Below are positions 6,934-8,674 of a stretch of DNA of 8,674 nt, piece by piece (within the stretch, counting starts at the first letter, position 1; each line of letters begins with the position of its first letter). This stretch comes from an uncultured archaeon (GTDB taxonomy: Archaea > Asgardarchaeota > Thorarchaeia > Thorarchaeales > Thorarchaeaceae). The stretch lies in NCBI GenBank assembly GCA_964648855.1, contig CAZYLT010000043.1, forward strand, positions 1 through 8,674, written 5' to 3'. The translations under genes and the position numbers were made by a program. The notes beneath the pieces are model-generated. The model ran no database searches. It was not told the origin of the DNA and saw nothing but the letters and a program-made list of their open reading frames with translations.

Positions 6934-7947
6934 TTAAGGTTCAAGAGCTAACAGGTAAATAGAATTCCCTACAGATTGCACAATATCAATTTGGCCATTT
7001 CCATCCGTATCACCGTAAGCAATGTGGCTCTCAACAGCCTTTTTCGCTGTCTGTACTGTAAAATCTTCGTAGATTTGGACTCCCTCATAAGAGAGGATAG
7101 AAATCTTAGAATTCGCCTGACTCACCAGCATCTGTCCTGCTGATTTGCCATCATCATAGAATGACCCCACTCGCAATGACGTGATTTTCCCGGGTGCGTG
7201 AATTCTAGCTAATACACTGAGTGGTTTGGTGGCGGCCGATATCAATGAGATATCCCGCTCATCACTTATCCCCATAATCTCGTCAACTCTTCCCCCAGTT
7301 ATGTTTCCAGTAGATACAAGAGTTACTTCGCCCTTGATTTGTATCTTTGAAACCTCATGAAGTCGGTCGTCTTGATACTTGTAGATATACACATGCCCTG
7401 TGTCATCACCAAAAGCAAAGCGTGAATATGACATTCCCTTGCTATTGAGCGCTTCCATGGAGAAAATTGGTCGTTCCACAACTTTGTGTGCTAGTTTGTC
7501 TAGGCAGCCTCCAAACCAACCATAACACCGGAGTGCCTTGTCGTTTGTACTGACGATTACTTCTTTCTTATCATCAGCCATAACATTAGTGACAATCAAT
7601 GCCGTAGGAAGACTACCTAAGGGCGTACAATCTTCGACTATTAGTGAATCATCATCAAACCGTAGTACTCTGAGCTTGTTATCAAGGCATCCAACGACAA
7701 TGTTTGGGGCTCCATCACCATCTATATCTCCTATGTCAAAAGCAGCAACAGGATTAAGCTCATCCGATCTGGCAATTTCCTCAAGCTCGATTTTCTCGCC
7801 CTTGATAAAGTTGTGTACTCTAAGATTGCCCTCGACGGTACAGACAATTAGATTGTCTTTGCCGTCACCTGTAAGGTCATGAAGCTCAATTCCTGTGATT
7901 GGCTCCTTAAATGAGAAGTCTGATTTTATGGAGAGTTCTGGCATCAA
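6934..7947 (-). CDS. FG-GAP/VCBS-like repeat beta-propeller protein without signal peptide
   Basis: Roughly 45-50 aa repeats with DxxGDG-type loops: DLTGDGKDNLIV, DIDGDGAPNIVV, NVMADDKKEVIV, NITGGRVDEI, DTDGNGQIDIV. SD TGAGGT (7959-7954) precedes TTG 7947/ATG 7944. Confidence 0.82.
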   Translation of the reverse strand: MMPELSIKSDFSFKEPITGIELHDLTGDGKDNLIVCTVEGNLRVHNFIKGEKIELEEIARSDELNPVAAFDIGDIDGDGAPNIVVGCLDNKLRVLRFDDDSLIVEDCTPLGSLPTALIVTNVMADDKKEVIVSTNDKALRCYGWFGGCLDKLAHKVVERPIFSMEALNSKGMSYSRFAFGDDTGHVYIYKYQDDRLHEVSKIQIKGEVTLVSTGNITGGRVDEIMGISDERDISLISAATKPLSVLARIHAPGKITSLRVGSFYDDGKSAGQMLVSQANSKISILSYEGVQIYEDFTVQTAKKAVESHIAYGDTDGNGQIDIVQSVGNSIYLLALEP

Positions 7948-8114
7948 ATGGCGACCTCACAGCAAAATACTATGGTCAGAATTGGAGTGACCGAACCTCC
8001 AATTTAAGATTTGTCTGCTTTAGTTGAAATGGGGCTCTACGATGCAAACTGCTTCTACTTGGCATTTCCGATGGTGTTTAACGATCGGTGAAAACAATAC
8101 TAGAGTGATAAGCG

Positions 8115-8522
8115 ATGTGCTTCAATGAGTTCTATCCATTTTTGAACGATGATCTATGGAATTGTAGTTTTCACGAATTATGTCGTGAGTTACAATCGTT
8201 CATTGATGAATTTGACGCTTTCACGCCAGAGCTATTCGCTCAGCTTCGGTTCGATCTATTTCGAAAGGCTTTGACAACGAGGTCCCGAATGGGGCTTTGT
8301 AGAGTTGCCGCCCATGCGGGTTACTGTTCCTTCTGTTCCGCTCTCTACAAAACAAAATACTGTCTGCTATGGTTTAAATTATTCAATCATATTCCAAGAA
8401 GAAGCATTCAGCGTTCTCCTCCTTGTATTCGAAAGGCCTACAGGAATGGAAGCATCAAAACAGTTGCCAACTTCCTCGATAGGATAAGTGTGCTGGATGC
8501 TCCCTTTTATGAATCTAAATAA
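8115..8522 (+). CDS. Hypothetical Cys-rich protein (135 aa), possibly metal-binding
   Basis: SD-like GAGTGA at 8103-8108, longest ORF in the interval, 8 Cys including C-x8-CxxC-x8-C and PPCI. Confidence 0.55.
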   Translation: MCFNEFYPFLNDDLWNCSFHELCRELQSFIDEFDAFTPELFAQLRFDLFRKALTTRSRMGLCRVAAHAGYCSFCSALYKTKYCLLWFKLFNHIPRRSIQRSPPCIRKAYRNGSIKTVANFLDRISVLDAPFYESK

Positions 8523-8536
8523 ACTATTTCTGACAA

Positions 8537-8674
8537 GTTGAGTGACCTCAACGTGTCCGAAACTTCTGTGTTCCGCCCTTCCCCTGCCACCGTCACCGCC
8601 CCCAGCATACCCGAAGGTCGCTGAGTCAGCAGGGGCTTTGTCCGTGCTCATCGGGATGGTATCCCTCCCACGGT
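8537..8674 (-). ncRNA. Unidentified structured RNA with a kink-turn (3' part; 5' end probably outside the window)
   Basis: About 62% GC by hand count (85/138), visibly higher than the flanks. Four consecutive hairpins on the minus strand, a canonical K-turn (G-GA/GAU-GA-G), and a cUUCGg tetraloop and G-U pairs that fix the strand. Confidence 0.65.

Noticed and set aside
7970-8095. Short inverted repeats in the divergent intergenic region (GGTCA/TGACC, CCGAT/ATCGG)
   Set aside because: Only 5-bp arms, expected by chance.
5580-8487. Overlapping short ORFs 5580-5783, 5884-6117, 7538-7882 and 8305-8487
   Set aside because: Antisense or alternate-frame shadows of better-supported genes.
8379-8651. 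90-aa minus-strand ORF
   Set aside because: Gly/Ala/Arg-rich by-product of the GC-rich structured region, overlapping the 8115-8522 ORF antisense, with no motifs.
8625-8652. Eukaryote-like SECIS or box C/D pair (AUGA…AAA…CUGA)
   Set aside because: The intervening helix is only 8 positions with two mismatches, and AUGA is better explained by the K-turn hairpin.
8537-8660. RNase P RNA 3' half (ACAGAAG resembles CR-V)
   Set aside because: No GCUUA-like P4 strand after ACAGAA, no AG-N-GAAU CR-IV and no UGAAAC after the K-turn hairpin. Not fully excluded without the 5' part.
8581-8674. SRP RNA S-domain (helix 6 plus helix 8 layout; UCAGCGACC-UUCG-GGUAUGC loosely resembles helix 8)
   Set aside because: Lacks the GNRA tetraloops and the CAGG/AGCA symmetric loop needed for SRP54 binding.
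8560-8674. SAM-I riboswitch (GGAGGGA…CCCGAUGA) or T-box (AGGGCGGAAC)
   Set aside because: Only the generic K-turn matches SAM-I; there is no GCAACC/GGUGC core. The T-box bulge needs UGGN, but this has CGGA.
1-8674. CRISPR array, tRNA/rRNA, transposase or integrase
   Set aside because: No repeat-spacer periodicity, cloverleaf, rRNA signature or recombinase motif seen by eye.

Overview
Archaeal chromosomal window with dense, mostly housekeeping genes. Archaeal origin is inferred from Cgi121, a stand-alone Tan1-type THUMP protein, an AIP-synthase-like phosphotransferase and GGAGTGA/GAGGT ribosome-binding sites; an Asgard origin is possible but cannot be shown from this window. Gene order: 3' end of hutH (+); DtxR/MntR-family regulator with an upstream operator-like palindrome (+); hutI (-); type I phosphoribosyltransferase and cgi121 (+); THUMP protein and TsaC/Sua5 (-); nucleotidyltransferase with a hexapeptide-repeat tail coupled to a CDP-alcohol phosphotransferase (+); orphan gene (+); cytoplasmic FG-GAP-like beta-propeller (-); Cys-rich orphan (+); and a GC-rich structured RNA cut by the window edge (-). 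Most notable: (i) the unidentified minus-strand RNA at 8537-8674, with a canonical kink-turn and a cUUCGg hairpin; (ii) the nucleotidyltransferase, whose conserved N-terminus has no in-frame ATG/GTG/TTG and appears to start at ATC behind a strong SD; (iii) the signal-peptide-less propeller with BBS2/ITFG2-like blades; (iv) an 8-codon Tyr-Phe-Trp uORF within alternative hairpins upstream of hutI. No CRISPR array, tRNA, rRNA or transposase was seen.
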